DNA from: an uncultured Candidatus Saccharibacteria bacterium
GTDB lineage: Bacteria > Patescibacteriota > Saccharimonadia > Saccharimonadales > UBA10212
Length of the DNA stretch: 64,000 bases
Reading direction: 5' to 3'
Assembly (NCBI GenBank): GCA_964514575.1
Contig: CAZETJ010000001.1
Location: 56,014 to 120,013 of the forward strand
The notes beneath the pieces were generated by a model. That model worked only from the letters and a program-made list of their open reading frames with translations, was not told the DNA's origin and searched no databases. This document shows, piece by piece, positions 10,110 through 20,776 of this stretch. The stretch's first letter is position 1. The number at the start of each line of letters is the position of its first letter. A program made the position numbers and the translations under genes.

Positions 10110-10260
10110 GGGGTTTTTCCACAGCCTTTCGAAAAAACACATCAGTAAATATTTCCGTATTGTCGACCCCGGAGGTTTGTACACATGCCAAATTTACACC
10201 GAACAATATGTGTATAACAGTTGGGTAAGAGTGGAAAAACTGCTAAGATTTGTGGGTTAA
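10110..10260. promoter_or_regulatory. DnaA-box cluster upstream of dnaA (oriC part 2 / autoregulation)
   Basis: TTTTCCACA 10115-10123, TTGTACACA 10177-10185, TGTGTATAA 10209-10217, AGTGGAAAA 10230-10238. Confidence 0.75.
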
Positions 10261-10320
10261 CATTGTCAAATTCACTGCCGGGCTTGTTTAGTTAAGCCCA
10301 ACTTGCTATGAAAGGCCAAA

Positions 10321-10458
10321 ATGCCCAAGCGAACCTACCAACCAAAGAAGAAACAACGCTCCCGTGAGCACGGCTTTATGAAGCGTATGGCCACCAAGGC
10401 TGGTCGTAACGTCCTTAAGAACCGCCGAGCCAAAGGCCGAACTCGTCTGTCACACTAA
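10321..10458 (+). CDS. rpmH: 50S ribosomal protein L34
   Basis: Translated by hand: [45 protein letters not shown]; below the ORF-track cutoff. Confidence 0.97.
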   Translation: MPKRTYQPKKKQRSREHGFMKRMATKAGRNVLKNRRAKGRTRLSH

Positions 10459-10505
10459 ATAGCTGACAACTAGACAGGGCTGTAAGCGCCTGCCAAACTG
10501 TTGGT

Positions 10506-10850
10506 ATGATCTCTTCACTCCACCGTTTTAGGGGTTACGGTAGCTTGCGCCATGTTTACACGCGGGGTGAGACGGTTCGCGGGCCACTTTTTGCCGTAAA
10601 AGTCTTAGCCAACCCTCGGCGCGATGCTTTCCGAGTAGCCATCGTTGTTAGTCGAAAGGTTCATAAATCAGCCGTAATTCGCAACCGCATACGCCGACGC
10701 CTATACGAGGACTTGCGGCAACTGGCACCAAACTTTAAAGCCCCGCACGACATTGTTGTCACCGTTTTTCATGAAACTGTCGCCACTACTCCTGCAAAGG
10801 AGTTGTCCCGCCAACTCAGGAGCCAGCTAAAGAAAGCCGGCGTTCTCTAA
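10506..10850 (+). CDS. rnpA: Ribonuclease P protein component
   Basis: VSRKVHKSAVIRNRIRRRL RNR motif; follows rpmH. Confidence 0.95.
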   Translation: MISSLHRFRGYGSLRHVYTRGETVRGPLFAVKVLANPRRDAFRVAIVVSRKVHKSAVIRNRIRRRLYEDLRQLAPNFKAPHDIVVTVFHETVATTPAKELSRQLRSQLKKAGVL

Positions 10851-10925
10851 CCTTGGTCGCTGCCTACCGAGCCTCACCCCAGACTTCGTGGTATTATAAA
10901 GTCCGAAGAGGGCTCGAACTAACCG

Positions 10926-11843
10926 ATGATTGCTAATATTTTCACGACTATTATCGTCCAGCCAATTTTTAACCTGCTGGTGCTGATCTATTCGATTTTA
11001 CCTGGCCATAATTTCGGCTTGGCCATTATTCTATTCACCATTTTGGTGCGCCTGCTGATGTGGCCGCTGGTTAAAAAACAGCTTCATCATGCCCGAGCGA
11101 TGCGCGAGCTTGCACCGGAGCTTAAAAAGATCAAAAAGGCGGCTGGCGGCGATCGCCAAAAAGAATCACAGTTGACCATGGAACTTTACAAAGAAAAAGA
11201 GATTAACCCCTTTGCCAGCATTGGCATCCTATTAGTCCAGGTTCCAATTCTAATCGGTCTTTATGCCAGTCTTCGACGAATCATTAACGACCCGCACCAA
11301 ATCATTACTTTCTCTTATTCCTTTTTGCACCACTTGCCATGGTTGCAAACACTAACACAGGACATCCATCGTTTTGATGATTCGCTGTTTGGGTTGGTCA
11401 ACCTGACGCGTACAGCTGTCGAGACCAGCGGAATTTACTGGCCGGCACTAGCCATTGTGATAGCTAGCGCAGCTGCCCAATATTTTCAGACTAAGCAACT
11501 AATGCCGCAAAATCCACAAGCCCGCTCGTTGCGTTCAATCTTGAGCCAGGCTGGACAGGGTAAACAGGCCGACCAAGCTGAAGTCAACGCCGCCGTTGGT
11601 AAAAGTACCCAATACCTAATCCCATTTATGGTGTTAATTATCTCCATTCGCTTGGCCGTGGCCCTGCCGCTGTACTGGTTGGCTAGCAGCTTAGTGGCCT
11701 ATATACAGCAATCCCGAGTGCTTAAGCACGACGCCGCACTAGCTGATGCCTCTATCGGAGCACAACCCGCAAAACTTATAGATAGTCCTGAGCCGGCCGC
11801 TAAGCTACGCAAAAAACCAGCCCGCAGGAGACGCCGTAAATGA
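10926..11843 (+). CDS. yidC: Membrane protein insertase YidC/Oxa1
   Basis: FGLAIILFTILVRLLMWPL, ELYKEKEINP, LYW motifs. Confidence 0.95.
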   Translation: MIANIFTTIIVQPIFNLLVLIYSILPGHNFGLAIILFTILVRLLMWPLVKKQLHHARAMRELAPELKKIKKAAGGDRQKESQLTMELYKEKEINPFASIGILLVQVPILIGLYASLRRIINDPHQIITFSYSFLHHLPWLQTLTQDIHRFDDSLFGLVNLTRTAVETSGIYWPALAIVIASAAAQYFQTKQLMPQNPQARSLRSILSQAGQGKQADQAEVNAAVGKSTQYLIPFMVLIISIRLAVALPLYWLASSLVAYIQQSRVLKHDAALADASIGAQPAKLIDSPEPAAKLRKKPARRRRRK

Positions 11844-12319
11844 AAGACGATATCGAAGAGGCGATCTTATATGCTAAAAAATATATCGAGGATTTACTCA
11901 GCTTCTTCGGTCTGAATGCTGACGTTCACGCTACTACCGAAGACAGCGAGGTAATTGAGCTTGACGTACCATCAACCCATCTCAACGGCTTTTTAATAGG
12001 CAACCGCGGGGAGACCATGCGGGCATTGCAGCAAACGATTGGCTTCGCTCTCAGGAACCAAGGCTACAGCCATAGCCGGGTTAATGTGGACGTCGCTGGC
12101 TACAAACAGCAGCGCGCCCAGCGCCTGGTTAAAGAAGCTGAAGGCTGGTTTAGGGAAGTTCAAAAAAGCGGCCAGCCGAAAGAATTGTCGCCCATGAACG
12201 CCGCCGACCGCCGAACCATTCATAAAGCTGCCGTTGATTACGGTCTATCGAGTGAGTCGGCTGGTTTCGGGCGTGATCGGCACATTGTCTTAAAACCAGA
12301 AGAATCAAACGAAGCTTAA
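11840..12319 (+). CDS. jag: Jag/KhpB-like RNA-binding protein (KH + R3H)
   Basis: LIGNRGETMRALQ KH motif; PMNAADRRTIH R3H motif; follows yidC. Confidence 0.88.
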   Translation: MKDDIEEAILYAKKYIEDLLSFFGLNADVHATTEDSEVIELDVPSTHLNGFLIGNRGETMRALQQTIGFALRNQGYSHSRVNVDVAGYKQQRAQRLVKEAEGWFREVQKSGQPKELSPMNAADRRTIHKAAVDYGLSSESAGFGRDRHIVLKPEESNEA

Positions 12320-13407
12320 CCGCCCAGAACCTGCTTATAAACTGCTAGGGTCTGCTCAGCCATGCGCCGCCAAGAGTACTTAGCAGCTTGGGTGCGGCCC
12401 TTTTTAATAAGCTGGTCTCGTAGGTCGCTAGACTCCAAAACATCGTTTATTTTGGCAGCTATATCGTGGGGGTCTTGCGGATCAAAGTAGTGGGCAGCCG
12501 AGCCATAAATTTCCGGCAAACAAGTAGCATTACTGGAAACAACCGGAGCGCCGTGGGCCATAGCCTCTAGCCCCGGCAGGCCGAAACCTTCGGATAGAGA
12601 AGGGAAAATATAGGCAGACGTCTGTTCGTAAAGCCAGCGTAACTGGCCTTCGGTGACAAAATCCGTAAAAACAACATTTGCGATACCGCCGTCACGGACT
12701 CTTTTTTCTATTTGCTCATAAAGCACATCTTTTTTGCCGGCTAATACTAACTGTAGGCTAGGCCAGTCCTTTTGTAACAACTGAAAGGCTTCTATTAGTC
12801 GCCAAAGGTTTTTGTGGGGCAGAGGCCGACCAACATACATAATGAATTTGCCAGCAACGACACCTTTAACGTACTTGGCAGGATCAGTTATTTGATCGGC
12901 GGCCAGATAGGTAACATGAATTTTTGATGGGTTAATGTGGGTGTAGTTGGCAATGTCCTGTTTTACGAACTTGGAGATCGTAAAAATAGCCTTAGATTTT
13001 CTAACTACCCATTGAACCACGCCGCGATAGACCCACTGTTTAAACTTAAACACCAAATAGTTTTTGGCAGGGTTGGTAAAACGGGCGGTGGTCAAATCAT
13101 GAATAGTGGTGACGGTTCTACCGAAGTAAAAAACTGGTTGGTGGGTCATTGTAAAGTGCACCAGATCCGGCTTAAACGAGTAGAGCTGAGAAGCCAGCTT
13201 GGTCTGCTCGCTCAGCGAGAACTCTTTGAAGTTCGATTCTCGAACCGCAAAGTCCGGCGTAGCTCGTTTAAAAAAGGCTACACGATGTGGTTTGGTATGG
13301 ATGACAATCTCGAATTCCGGTTTAAGTTCGTGCAGATTCTCAATCAGTTTATCGATATGACGGCCAGTGCTGGTACCGGATTCACGAGCCTCAATAACGA
13401 CTTTCAT
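12316..13407 (-). CDS. GT4 glycosyltransferase
   Basis: FPSLSEGFGLPGLEAM EX7E motif, HKN, YSW. Confidence 0.92.
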   Translation of the reverse strand: MKVVIEARESGTSTGRHIDKLIENLHELKPEFEIVIHTKPHRVAFFKRATPDFAVRESNFKEFSLSEQTKLASQLYSFKPDLVHFTMTHQPVFYFGRTVTTIHDLTTARFTNPAKNYLVFKFKQWVYRGVVQWVVRKSKAIFTISKFVKQDIANYTHINPSKIHVTYLAADQITDPAKYVKGVVAGKFIMYVGRPLPHKNLWRLIEAFQLLQKDWPSLQLVLAGKKDVLYEQIEKRVRDGGIANVVFTDFVTEGQLRWLYEQTSAYIFPSLSEGFGLPGLEAMAHGAPVVSSNATCLPEIYGSAAHYFDPQDPHDIAAKINDVLESSDLRDQLIKKGRTQAAKYSWRRMAEQTLAVYKQVLGG

Positions 13408-14783
13408 TTTAAAGCGCTTTGACGGGATTTATTGTCAGCAAAACTAGCTGTTAAGAGTAGCCCAACTACGATCCAAAGCCGGGTTAGCAATATAGAATGG
13501 AAGAAATTGCTCTGGACCAGCATACCAATCATTACCAGCGTCATAGCCGCCGCTTCTCCTTTCCAAGAGTTCTTAAATAAGCGGTACATAATCACAAGGA
13601 CTGCGATAACTAGCGGCGCAAAGGCCACAACTCCCAACAGGCCCAAGTCGACGAGCAAACCCAAAAAATCATTGTTGAAGGGCTGCAGTGAATCGGGATT
13701 AGCACCGTGGTTATATTTATCGAGATTTAATCTGATCCTGCTGTTGTAGCCGCCGACGCCCTGTAAAGGTTTTTCTTTAAAATAAGTAAAAGCCTTTGGC
13801 CAGAGCTTATAGCGGGTTTGGGCAGAGGCATCGAGCACATTTACGCCGTGGCCCGTAAATATTTCGACATTGCCTATACCGGAGCCAGAACCATTGATGG
13901 AGTGTTTAGGGATGGCTTTCGAAAGCGCCCCAGCAAAGCCGATTAAAACAAGTGTAGTGATGAGTCCAATCGTCCACCACCTTGCCATAAAAATCCAAAA
14001 ATCCTTGAGTTTATGGCGATTTCTCATACCCCAAATTAAAATAAGCCAACCCAGGGCAACGGCAATAATGGCGCCGCGTGCTATTAGAAGAAAGACTAAC
14101 GTTGTTAAAGAGCCAAATAGTAAAAGATGGGGTCGACTGCGGCGGAGCTTATTATCCCTCAAAAAATCAAATGTTAACAACCAAATCGGTATTAAAAGGT
14201 AATTCGCGAAGTAGAGGGGTTCAAGCGAAGTTGACTGTACCCGAGGGAAAACATAAGTTGAATATTGTGAAGTACAGCAATGTTGCAGGTCGGTCACTTT
14301 TGTTGAGATTCCAAATACATCGAAAAAGAACTGAAAGAAAGCATAGGCTACGACTATTGCGCTAACAACGTAAATTGTTTTCTTTACCAATAACCACAAT
14401 TGCTGAGGTCGTTCAGAAACTAGAACGAAGAAGCAAAACGCTCGTAGCGTCACTGACAGTAAGTCTTTCGTGGCCCCTAAGGTAAAAGATCGGTCTATCG
14501 CGTAGGTAGAACTAAGGGCATAAGCAGCAACCGGGAGAGCTAAAATAGTACCAAAAAAGAAGTACCGCCTAAGATCCCCAAAGCGACCAACTGACCAAAC
14601 GTTTAACAAACGCCCGCTTACAGCGATCAGTAGTAAAACCAAGGATATAAAACCTAGACTGAGCGGAACGTGATGTATGTATGGGAATCGGTCAATTGGC
14701 AAGAGCGCCAAAGTAATAACAACGCCCAGAAACTCCGAGTAATTAACAAGCCTGCGCCAGTACATTTTTGGGCTCTGCACCAT
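13404..14783 (-). CDS. O-antigen ligase/polymerase (Wzy_C) family membrane protein
   Basis: Multi-TM; RVQSTSLEPLYFA, ARGA, R..LW...PLQGVG, DLGLLG motifs. Confidence 0.8.
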   Translation of the reverse strand: MVQSPKMYWRRLVNYSEFLGVVITLALLPIDRFPYIHHVPLSLGFISLVLLLIAVSGRLLNVWSVGRFGDLRRYFFFGTILALPVAAYALSSTYAIDRSFTLGATKDLLSVTLRAFCFFVLVSERPQQLWLLVKKTIYVVSAIVVAYAFFQFFFDVFGISTKVTDLQHCCTSQYSTYVFPRVQSTSLEPLYFANYLLIPIWLLTFDFLRDNKLRRSRPHLLLFGSLTTLVFLLIARGAIIAVALGWLILIWGMRNRHKLKDFWIFMARWWTIGLITTLVLIGFAGALSKAIPKHSINGSGSGIGNVEIFTGHGVNVLDASAQTRYKLWPKAFTYFKEKPLQGVGGYNSRIRLNLDKYNHGANPDSLQPFNNDFLGLLVDLGLLGVVAFAPLVIAVLVIMYRLFKNSWKGEAAAMTLVMIGMLVQSNFFHSILLTRLWIVVGLLLTASFADNKSRQSALK

Positions 14784-14852
14784 ATCATCTTAACATAGCT
14801 AACCCCTTATAAGTTATACTAGTGGAGTAAATAACCGGGGGAATATATATCC

Positions 14853-15884
14853 ATGCCCAAACAGCCAAGACGAGCACTAATTACCGGAATCACTGGGCAG
14901 GACGGTAGTTACCTGACCGAGCTGCTATTGAATAAAGGTTATGAAGTTTACGGCATTGTTAGACGATCGAGCTCTCTCAACACAGACCGCATTGACCATA
15001 TCTACCAGGATCCGCACGAAAAAAAGACCCGCCTTCAGCTCATATTCGGCGACCTAACCGACACTAGCACCGTTTATAATATTTTGACCCAAGTACAGCC
15101 AGATGAAGTTTACAATTTGGGCGCCCAGAGCCATGTGCGAGTGTCTTTTGAGCTGCCCGAATATACCGGCGATAGCGTTGGTCTGGGCGCAGTAAGGCTC
15201 TTGGAAGCTATACATCGCCTAGGCCTAAAAACCAAATATTATCAAGCTGGTTCCAGTGAGATGTTTGGCAAGGTTAGAGAAATTCCCCAAAATGAAAACA
15301 CGCCATTCTACCCGCGCTCTCCGTACTCTGTAGCTAAAGTTTATGCTCACTGGATCACCGTCAATTACCGCGAAAGCTACGACATGTTCGCCTGCAACGG
15401 AATTCTTTTTAACCACGAAAGTCCGCGCCGGGGCGAAACATTTGTAACCCGGAAAGTAACTCGAGCAATTGCTCGAATTTTGGCCGGGCTCCAAGACGAA
15501 ATCTATATGGGTAATCTAGATTCTAAGCGCGACTGGGGGTACGCCAAAGAGTACGTCGAAGCCATGTGGCTAATGCTCCAGCAGGAAAAACCTGACGATT
15601 ATGTTATCGCTACCGGCGAAACTCACTCAGTACGTGAATTTGTTGAAGAGGCCTTCAAGTTGGTCGGTTTAGATTGGAAAAAATACGTCAAGTTCGATAA
15701 GCGTTATTTGCGGCCGGCGGAAGTCGATGTGCTTATCGGAGACGCCAGCAAGGCCAAGAAAAAACTCGGTTGGAAACCAAAAACCACTTTTTCCGAACTG
15801 GTCAAAATTATGGTCGACGCCGATATTGCCGAGCTTGAAGACCAGCTTCAAGGAAAGGTAAAGCTTCGTCGAGAAGTGATATAG
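14853..15884 (+). CDS. gmd: GDP-mannose 4,6-dehydratase
   Basis: [41 protein letters not shown]. Confidence 0.97.
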   Translation: MPKQPRRALITGITGQDGSYLTELLLNKGYEVYGIVRRSSSLNTDRIDHIYQDPHEKKTRLQLIFGDLTDTSTVYNILTQVQPDEVYNLGAQSHVRVSFELPEYTGDSVGLGAVRLLEAIHRLGLKTKYYQAGSSEMFGKVREIPQNENTPFYPRSPYSVAKVYAHWITVNYRESYDMFACNGILFNHESPRRGETFVTRKVTRAIARILAGLQDEIYMGNLDSKRDWGYAKEYVEAMWLMLQQEKPDDYVIATGETHSVREFVEEAFKLVGLDWKKYVKFDKRYLRPAEVDVLIGDASKAKKKLGWKPKTTFSELVKIMVDADIAELEDQLQGKVKLRREVI

Positions 15885-15889
15885 GTTGC

Positions 15890-17035
15890 TTAGGCAAGCT
15901 TTTCGAGCACAGCTATTAATTGTTCAGCTGATTTTTCCCAGCTGAATTTTCGGGCTTGGGTTAAGCCCTTGGCTCGTAAACTGGCAGCCAGTTTTTGGTC
16001 AGTTAAGACAGCCGCTATCTGCCTGCTCAAGTCGTCAGTGGCATCGGCCTTAATTTTAATAGCAGCGTCGCCGACGACCTCAGGCAAAGACGAATTATCG
16101 CTAGTTATGAGCGGTACGCCACAAGCCATAGCCTCCAGCGGGGGGATGCCAAAGCCCTCATAAAAAGACGGGAAGACAAATAAGCTGGCGCCGGAATAGA
16201 GAACTGGGAGATCCTCGTCGGTGACATAGCCAGGTAAAATAATTCGCTCCTGATTTGCCTGCAGTTGAGCAATCTTTTGACCGATAGACTCATCGTTCCA
16301 GCCCTTCCCACCAGCTAAGACTAAAGCATAGTCGCTTTTTAACTCAGGCTTAAGCTCAGCGTAGGCTTCGAGTATGCCGACGATATTTTTACGTGGTTCC
16401 AGCGTGCCAACAAATAAAATATATTTTGTCGGCAAATCAAATTTTTTACGCAACCGATTAACTTCGTTGGCAGGTCTCGGGTAATAATGCTTGTGATCGA
16501 CCGCATTTGGAACAACCGAAATTTTACTGGCACTAATCTCAAAGTTTTTTAATATGTCTTTCTTGGTAAAGTCCGAAACAGCAATAACATGCCGGGATTC
16601 GATAATCGATTTGGGCACAAATCGCCTAAGATATAGCAGATTTTTGCGTTGGACGTAATCTGGGAAATGGATGTATGACAAGTCGTGGATGGCAACTATA
16701 CCAGCTGTTTTTTTGCGCAAGTTAAACATCACAAAGTTAAAAAATAAAAAGGCATCATAATTTCGTAGGGCTACCAAGTCATAAGGTAGAAACCGGCCCA
16801 GACGTTTGAAGACCTGGAAGTAAACTGCTGGGGGAAACCAGCGGACTATCCGATAGGTCAGATGCGAAGAAGGCGGGATCGGTGGAGTGAATCTTCTGAA
16901 AGGCAAGTAGTGTCTAACAACTTCAAATTTAATTGGTGAGTCTATTTTCGAGACCGCCTCGGTCAACTTATAAGCATACTGGCCGACACCGGTGCGGGGC
17001 TTAAACAACAAACTACTTTCAATGCCGACCTTCAT
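15890..17035 (-). CDS. GT4 glycosyltransferase
   Basis: GTLEPRKN, PSFYEGFGIPPLEAMACG. Confidence 0.92.
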   Translation of the reverse strand: MKVGIESSLLFKPRTGVGQYAYKLTEAVSKIDSPIKFEVVRHYLPFRRFTPPIPPSSHLTYRIVRWFPPAVYFQVFKRLGRFLPYDLVALRNYDAFLFFNFVMFNLRKKTAGIVAIHDLSYIHFPDYVQRKNLLYLRRFVPKSIIESRHVIAVSDFTKKDILKNFEISASKISVVPNAVDHKHYYPRPANEVNRLRKKFDLPTKYILFVGTLEPRKNIVGILEAYAELKPELKSDYALVLAGGKGWNDESIGQKIAQLQANQERIILPGYVTDEDLPVLYSGASLFVFPSFYEGFGIPPLEAMACGVPLITSDNSSLPEVVGDAAIKIKADATDDLSRQIAAVLTDQKLAASLRAKGLTQARKFSWEKSAEQLIAVLEKLA

Positions 17036-18111
17036 GGCAGATCTTTCTGTTGAACAAGGTCATGATAGACCGCCAGCGTCTGTTGAACAGTGTTATTAAT
17101 TGAAAAATCCTTTTCTATTCTCTTGCGTGCTTTTTCGCGCATATGTTCATATCGAGAAGTGTCTCTAGCTAAAGAAGAAATTTCTGTCAGGAATTTTTTG
17201 GCGTCAAACTGCGTGATAAGTATCCCCGTGCCGTCTGTCAGCAGCTCATTAGGGCCACTGACCGCAGTCGATATAACAGGCACGCCACAAGCCATGGCTT
17301 CGAGGGCTACAAACGGGAGTCCCTCGTAGAATGAAGTCATACAAAGGACCGAAGCTTGACGATAAATTTTCGCCATGGCTTGTGGTTTTTGCGAGCCGAG
17401 TAAGGCCAGGTTTGGCGAGCGTTTTTTGTTTATCTCGCCCAAGCGATTACCGTCACCAACCATACGAAATCGCAGAGGCGAGCCTTGCTTGTAAGCCAAT
17501 TGGGCTATTTGTAGAAATAGATCGGGATTTTTTTGAGCCTTTTCGACCCGACCTATCCATGTAACGTATTGACCCGGCTGCCCATTGTATTTAAAACTTG
17601 CCGGGTCCACTCCATTATGAATGACGATACATTTTGTAGAATTGACGCCGCGTTTAACCAATTGCTTTTTGGCTTCACCACTGACGCAGATTATTTTATC
17701 TAGACTATTCAAAACTCTGGCGACATAGGTGTCATAGTCTCGCGAGATTATGAAATCGACGTGCAGAGTCAGCATCAGAGGACGCTTACGAATCGCTTCT
17801 ATTAAAGCTCCGTCGAACCACTGGATGTTAATGGCATCATAGCGATCGAAGTTATAGAAACAGCCAATAAGCAGCCGATAGTATAGGCGTTTCAGCCGGT
17901 GTGTTCGTCGGAGTAACCTATCAAAAAACGTAGGAAAAAGCGGCAACCACAAGGTTTCAACTCTATCTCCAATGAAATTCTTTATAAAACGAGGACCCAG
18001 AATTGTAACAACATAGTCTGACCGTAGCTCGTCAACGATTTTTCTAAGATAAGCTTCACCACCACCAAAATTTTTGGCAGACGAAATTATTAGAAGTCTT
18101 GGCCTAGTCAT
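17032..18111 (-). CDS. GT4 glycosyltransferase
   Basis: GGGE, IHNGVD, EGLPFVALEAMACG. Confidence 0.9.
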   Translation of the reverse strand: MTRPRLLIISSAKNFGGGEAYLRKIVDELRSDYVVTILGPRFIKNFIGDRVETLWLPLFPTFFDRLLRRTHRLKRLYYRLLIGCFYNFDRYDAINIQWFDGALIEAIRKRPLMLTLHVDFIISRDYDTYVARVLNSLDKIICVSGEAKKQLVKRGVNSTKCIVIHNGVDPASFKYNGQPGQYVTWIGRVEKAQKNPDLFLQIAQLAYKQGSPLRFRMVGDGNRLGEINKKRSPNLALLGSQKPQAMAKIYRQASVLCMTSFYEGLPFVALEAMACGVPVISTAVSGPNELLTDGTGILITQFDAKKFLTEISSLARDTSRYEHMREKARKRIEKDFSINNTVQQTLAVYHDLVQQKDLP

Positions 18112-19075
18112 ACTTACCTGTCTCTCTAGCTCGGTATTGCTTAGAAAAGCGGTACCTTAAAAACCTAAGCACAGGATTACCCAACAGCAGGCGTAGGTAG
18201 ACAAAGAGTCTATGCCGATTGGGGGTCAGCCAGGCCAGAGGGTTATAACTCAGCATTCTAATAAACGCCTGACGAGCCGACTGCCTGTCGTTGCCATCCA
18301 GATATAATGAACAGGCCTGCCCGAGGCAAGCAGAGGCTAGTCTGGCACGGTTGAGCGGCCCGAGCTCAAATTCATCAATCATAATCGGTAATGCGTAATC
18401 GAGTCCACGGGCTTTTTCTAAGAACTTAGGTCGGGAGCTGGCAGCGCCAACTCGATAAGCCGCTAAGAACTCAGGAACGTAATCAATCGTGTAAGACCGA
18501 GCAACTCTTAACCATAGCTCCCAATCTTCTGCCATAGCAAAATCTTCACGGAATGCACCAATTTCCTCAAAGACTTCTCGACGCAGCATGACAATACTGG
18601 CGCTGCCTGAAATGTTGTTACCGCTAAGCAAATATTTAAATAAATCACCCCGTTTCTTGTCGGCTATTTTTGAGGTGATTCTACCAGTTTCGTCAATAAC
18701 TTTGCACAAACCGTAGACCATGCCTAACTGCTTATCCTCGGTAAGCAGAGCTAGTTGTTTTTGCAGTTTGGCAGGATACCAAATATCATCGGAGTCTAGA
18801 AAAGCTACATAGGGCGACTTCGACCTTTTAAGCCCATAATTGCGAGCTGCCGAACGACCCTTCTTAGGATTTTTGATATAAGTCACTCTATGGTCGGCTA
18901 TACCTTTAACATACTCGGCTGTAGCGCCATTATCAGTTGATCCATCGTCTACCACATAGAGCAACCAGTTGTGGTGGGTCTGTTTTATAACACTTTCTAT
19001 CGCTTCTTTTAAATAGGGCATGCTGTTATACGTTGGGATAATGACGTCGACCGGAAAATCTGAGCTTGTCGTCAT
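18104..19075 (-). CDS. GT2 glycosyltransferase
   Basis: VIIPTYN, VDDGSTD, AFLDSDD, EDWELWLR. Confidence 0.92.
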   Translation of the reverse strand: MTTSSDFPVDVIIPTYNSMPYLKEAIESVIKQTHHNWLLYVVDDGSTDNGATAEYVKGIADHRVTYIKNPKKGRSAARNYGLKRSKSPYVAFLDSDDIWYPAKLQKQLALLTEDKQLGMVYGLCKVIDETGRITSKIADKKRGDLFKYLLSGNNISGSASIVMLRREVFEEIGAFREDFAMAEDWELWLRVARSYTIDYVPEFLAAYRVGAASSRPKFLEKARGLDYALPIMIDEFELGPLNRARLASACLGQACSLYLDGNDRQSARQAFIRMLSYNPLAWLTPNRHRLFVYLRLLLGNPVLRFLRYRFSKQYRARETGKYD

Positions 19076-19980
19076 GGTCGGGGCTCCTGTTTATTCCTAC
19101 CAGGCGCTATATTTTTGTGTAGCTTATGACGAAACTCATCGTAGCGACGGTCTTTTAGTAGCAGGTAGCCTCGCCCTAAGCGATTAAGATTTGCCAACAG
19201 GTGCGGATACCTCGCAAGATAATGGTTTTTAAAGAGAGGCGATGCAAATCTGCCACCGTGGGAGCGGCTAATTTGGCTGACTTCCTTCCAGAATTTTTTC
19301 TCGAGCAAGACTGTTTTAGAGGCGGGATGGAATCGGAATTTTGACCACACTCCATCAGCCCTAATGCCGCCATATCTTTTACCAATCCTGATCCATAAAT
19401 CATAATCCATGGCGTAGTGGTATTTTGGATTGAGCAAGCCTACTGCAAATAGGGCCTCTCGTCTCATAAAAGTAGAGGGCTGAGGCACAAAATTTCCCTC
19501 ACGAATCTGTCTCCTGACATCGAAAGGTTCTGGTACTTGAAGCCTGACCAGCCTACCTTTTTCATCAACTTCTTCCATACTGGCGTAAACTAAGCCAATC
19601 TTGGGGTGAGCTCTGAAAACTTTCAATGCTTCCGCAAAAGCTCCTGGCATATAAACATCATCAGAGTTTATCCAAGCGACATATTCGCCAATTGCTTTGC
19701 GGAAACCCTGGTTTATAGCGTCGGATTGTCCGCCATCAGGGTGGCTCCACCAACTCAAATCAACCCCGCTATTTTTTAGGGGATACTTCTTGTCCCTGAT
19801 CAGCTGATCGTACTTTTTGATAATCTCTACGCTGTTGTCAGTAGAATCGCCGTCAGCCACAATGTATTGAATTGAAAAATCCCCAGCCTGATCGAGCACG
19901 CCCTTAATAGTTTCCTCCAAAAAGGCTGCCTGATTAAATGAAGGCGTGACGATTGAAAAAGTCGCGGTAGGCTTAGCCAT
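19072..19980 (-). CDS. GT2 glycosyltransferase
   Basis: SIVTPSFNQ, GQSDAINQG, WINSDD, MDYDLWIR. Confidence 0.92.
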   Translation of the reverse strand: MAKPTATFSIVTPSFNQAAFLEETIKGVLDQAGDFSIQYIVADGDSTDNSVEIIKKYDQLIRDKKYPLKNSGVDLSWWSHPDGGQSDAINQGFRKAIGEYVAWINSDDVYMPGAFAEALKVFRAHPKIGLVYASMEEVDEKGRLVRLQVPEPFDVRRQIREGNFVPQPSTFMRREALFAVGLLNPKYHYAMDYDLWIRIGKRYGGIRADGVWSKFRFHPASKTVLLEKKFWKEVSQISRSHGGRFASPLFKNHYLARYPHLLANLNRLGRGYLLLKDRRYDEFRHKLHKNIAPGRNKQEPRP

Positions 19981-20776
19981 TAGCTCCTCTTTTTAACTGT
20001 TCCTTTTTTAGTCTAACCATTGCGGAGGTATTGTACCAAGCCCAAAAAAGGCTTAAGGAAAAACCGAGGAGCTTGTCACGGTAGCCTTTCTTTGTAAAAA
20101 AACTTTCCCGAAAACTTCGCCATGGCGAGCTGAGAATGCCGCGATAACTGGATCGTTCGCCACGTTCGTAACGAGCCTTGCCTTCCTCTCTTAAGTAGCG
20201 ACGATGCTTGGAAACAAACTCTCTGTAATTGCTCATCCAAAAATGATGAACCAGACCTCTTTTGTGGGGCCAAGCCTGCAGCGCGTAGCCGTCTTTGAGG
20301 AATGCCGCTGTGTTGACTAACGGGCGGAAGAAAGCCCGTTTGCGATTGACCAAAAAGCGATGATGGCTGACGCCGCCCCAAATAGTGCCTTTAAGAGCAT
20401 GCGATTTAAAGTAATATTGCATCGGTACTCTAATAATGCCGACTGTTTCAGGAATGGTTCCAAATTTCTCGAGGACTTCATTTTTAAGCTCGACATCTAT
20501 GACTTCGTCCGGGTCTGTCAGTAATACCCAGTCATGCTTGAGCTTCGATAGCTCTGTGGCATAGATTATTTCAGCGTGCGGAACGCGCCTATGCCGCCTA
20601 ACAATCGCGCCCGCTTCTCTTGCTACAGTGACTGAATCATCTGATGAGCCAAGATCATAAACTACGATTTCGTCGCAGAACTGGATAGAGGACAGACAGC
20701 GAGCAAGAAGTTCTCCTTCATTCAGGCAGACAATCAATGCGGAAATCGGTAATTTGAAATCTTTTGTCATCACCAA
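19973..20776 (-). CDS. GT2 glycosyltransferase (LgtF/KdtX-like)
   Basis: CLNE, DEIVVYDLGSSD, DWVLLTDPDE. Confidence 0.85.
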   Translation of the reverse strand: MVMTKDFKLPISALIVCLNEGELLARCLSSIQFCDEIVVYDLGSSDDSVTVAREAGAIVRRHRRVPHAEIIYATELSKLKHDWVLLTDPDEVIDVELKNEVLEKFGTIPETVGIIRVPMQYYFKSHALKGTIWGGVSHHRFLVNRKRAFFRPLVNTAAFLKDGYALQAWPHKRGLVHHFWMSNYREFVSKHRRYLREEGKARYERGERSSYRGILSSPWRSFRESFFTKKGYRDKLLGFSLSLFWAWYNTSAMVRLKKEQLKRGANG

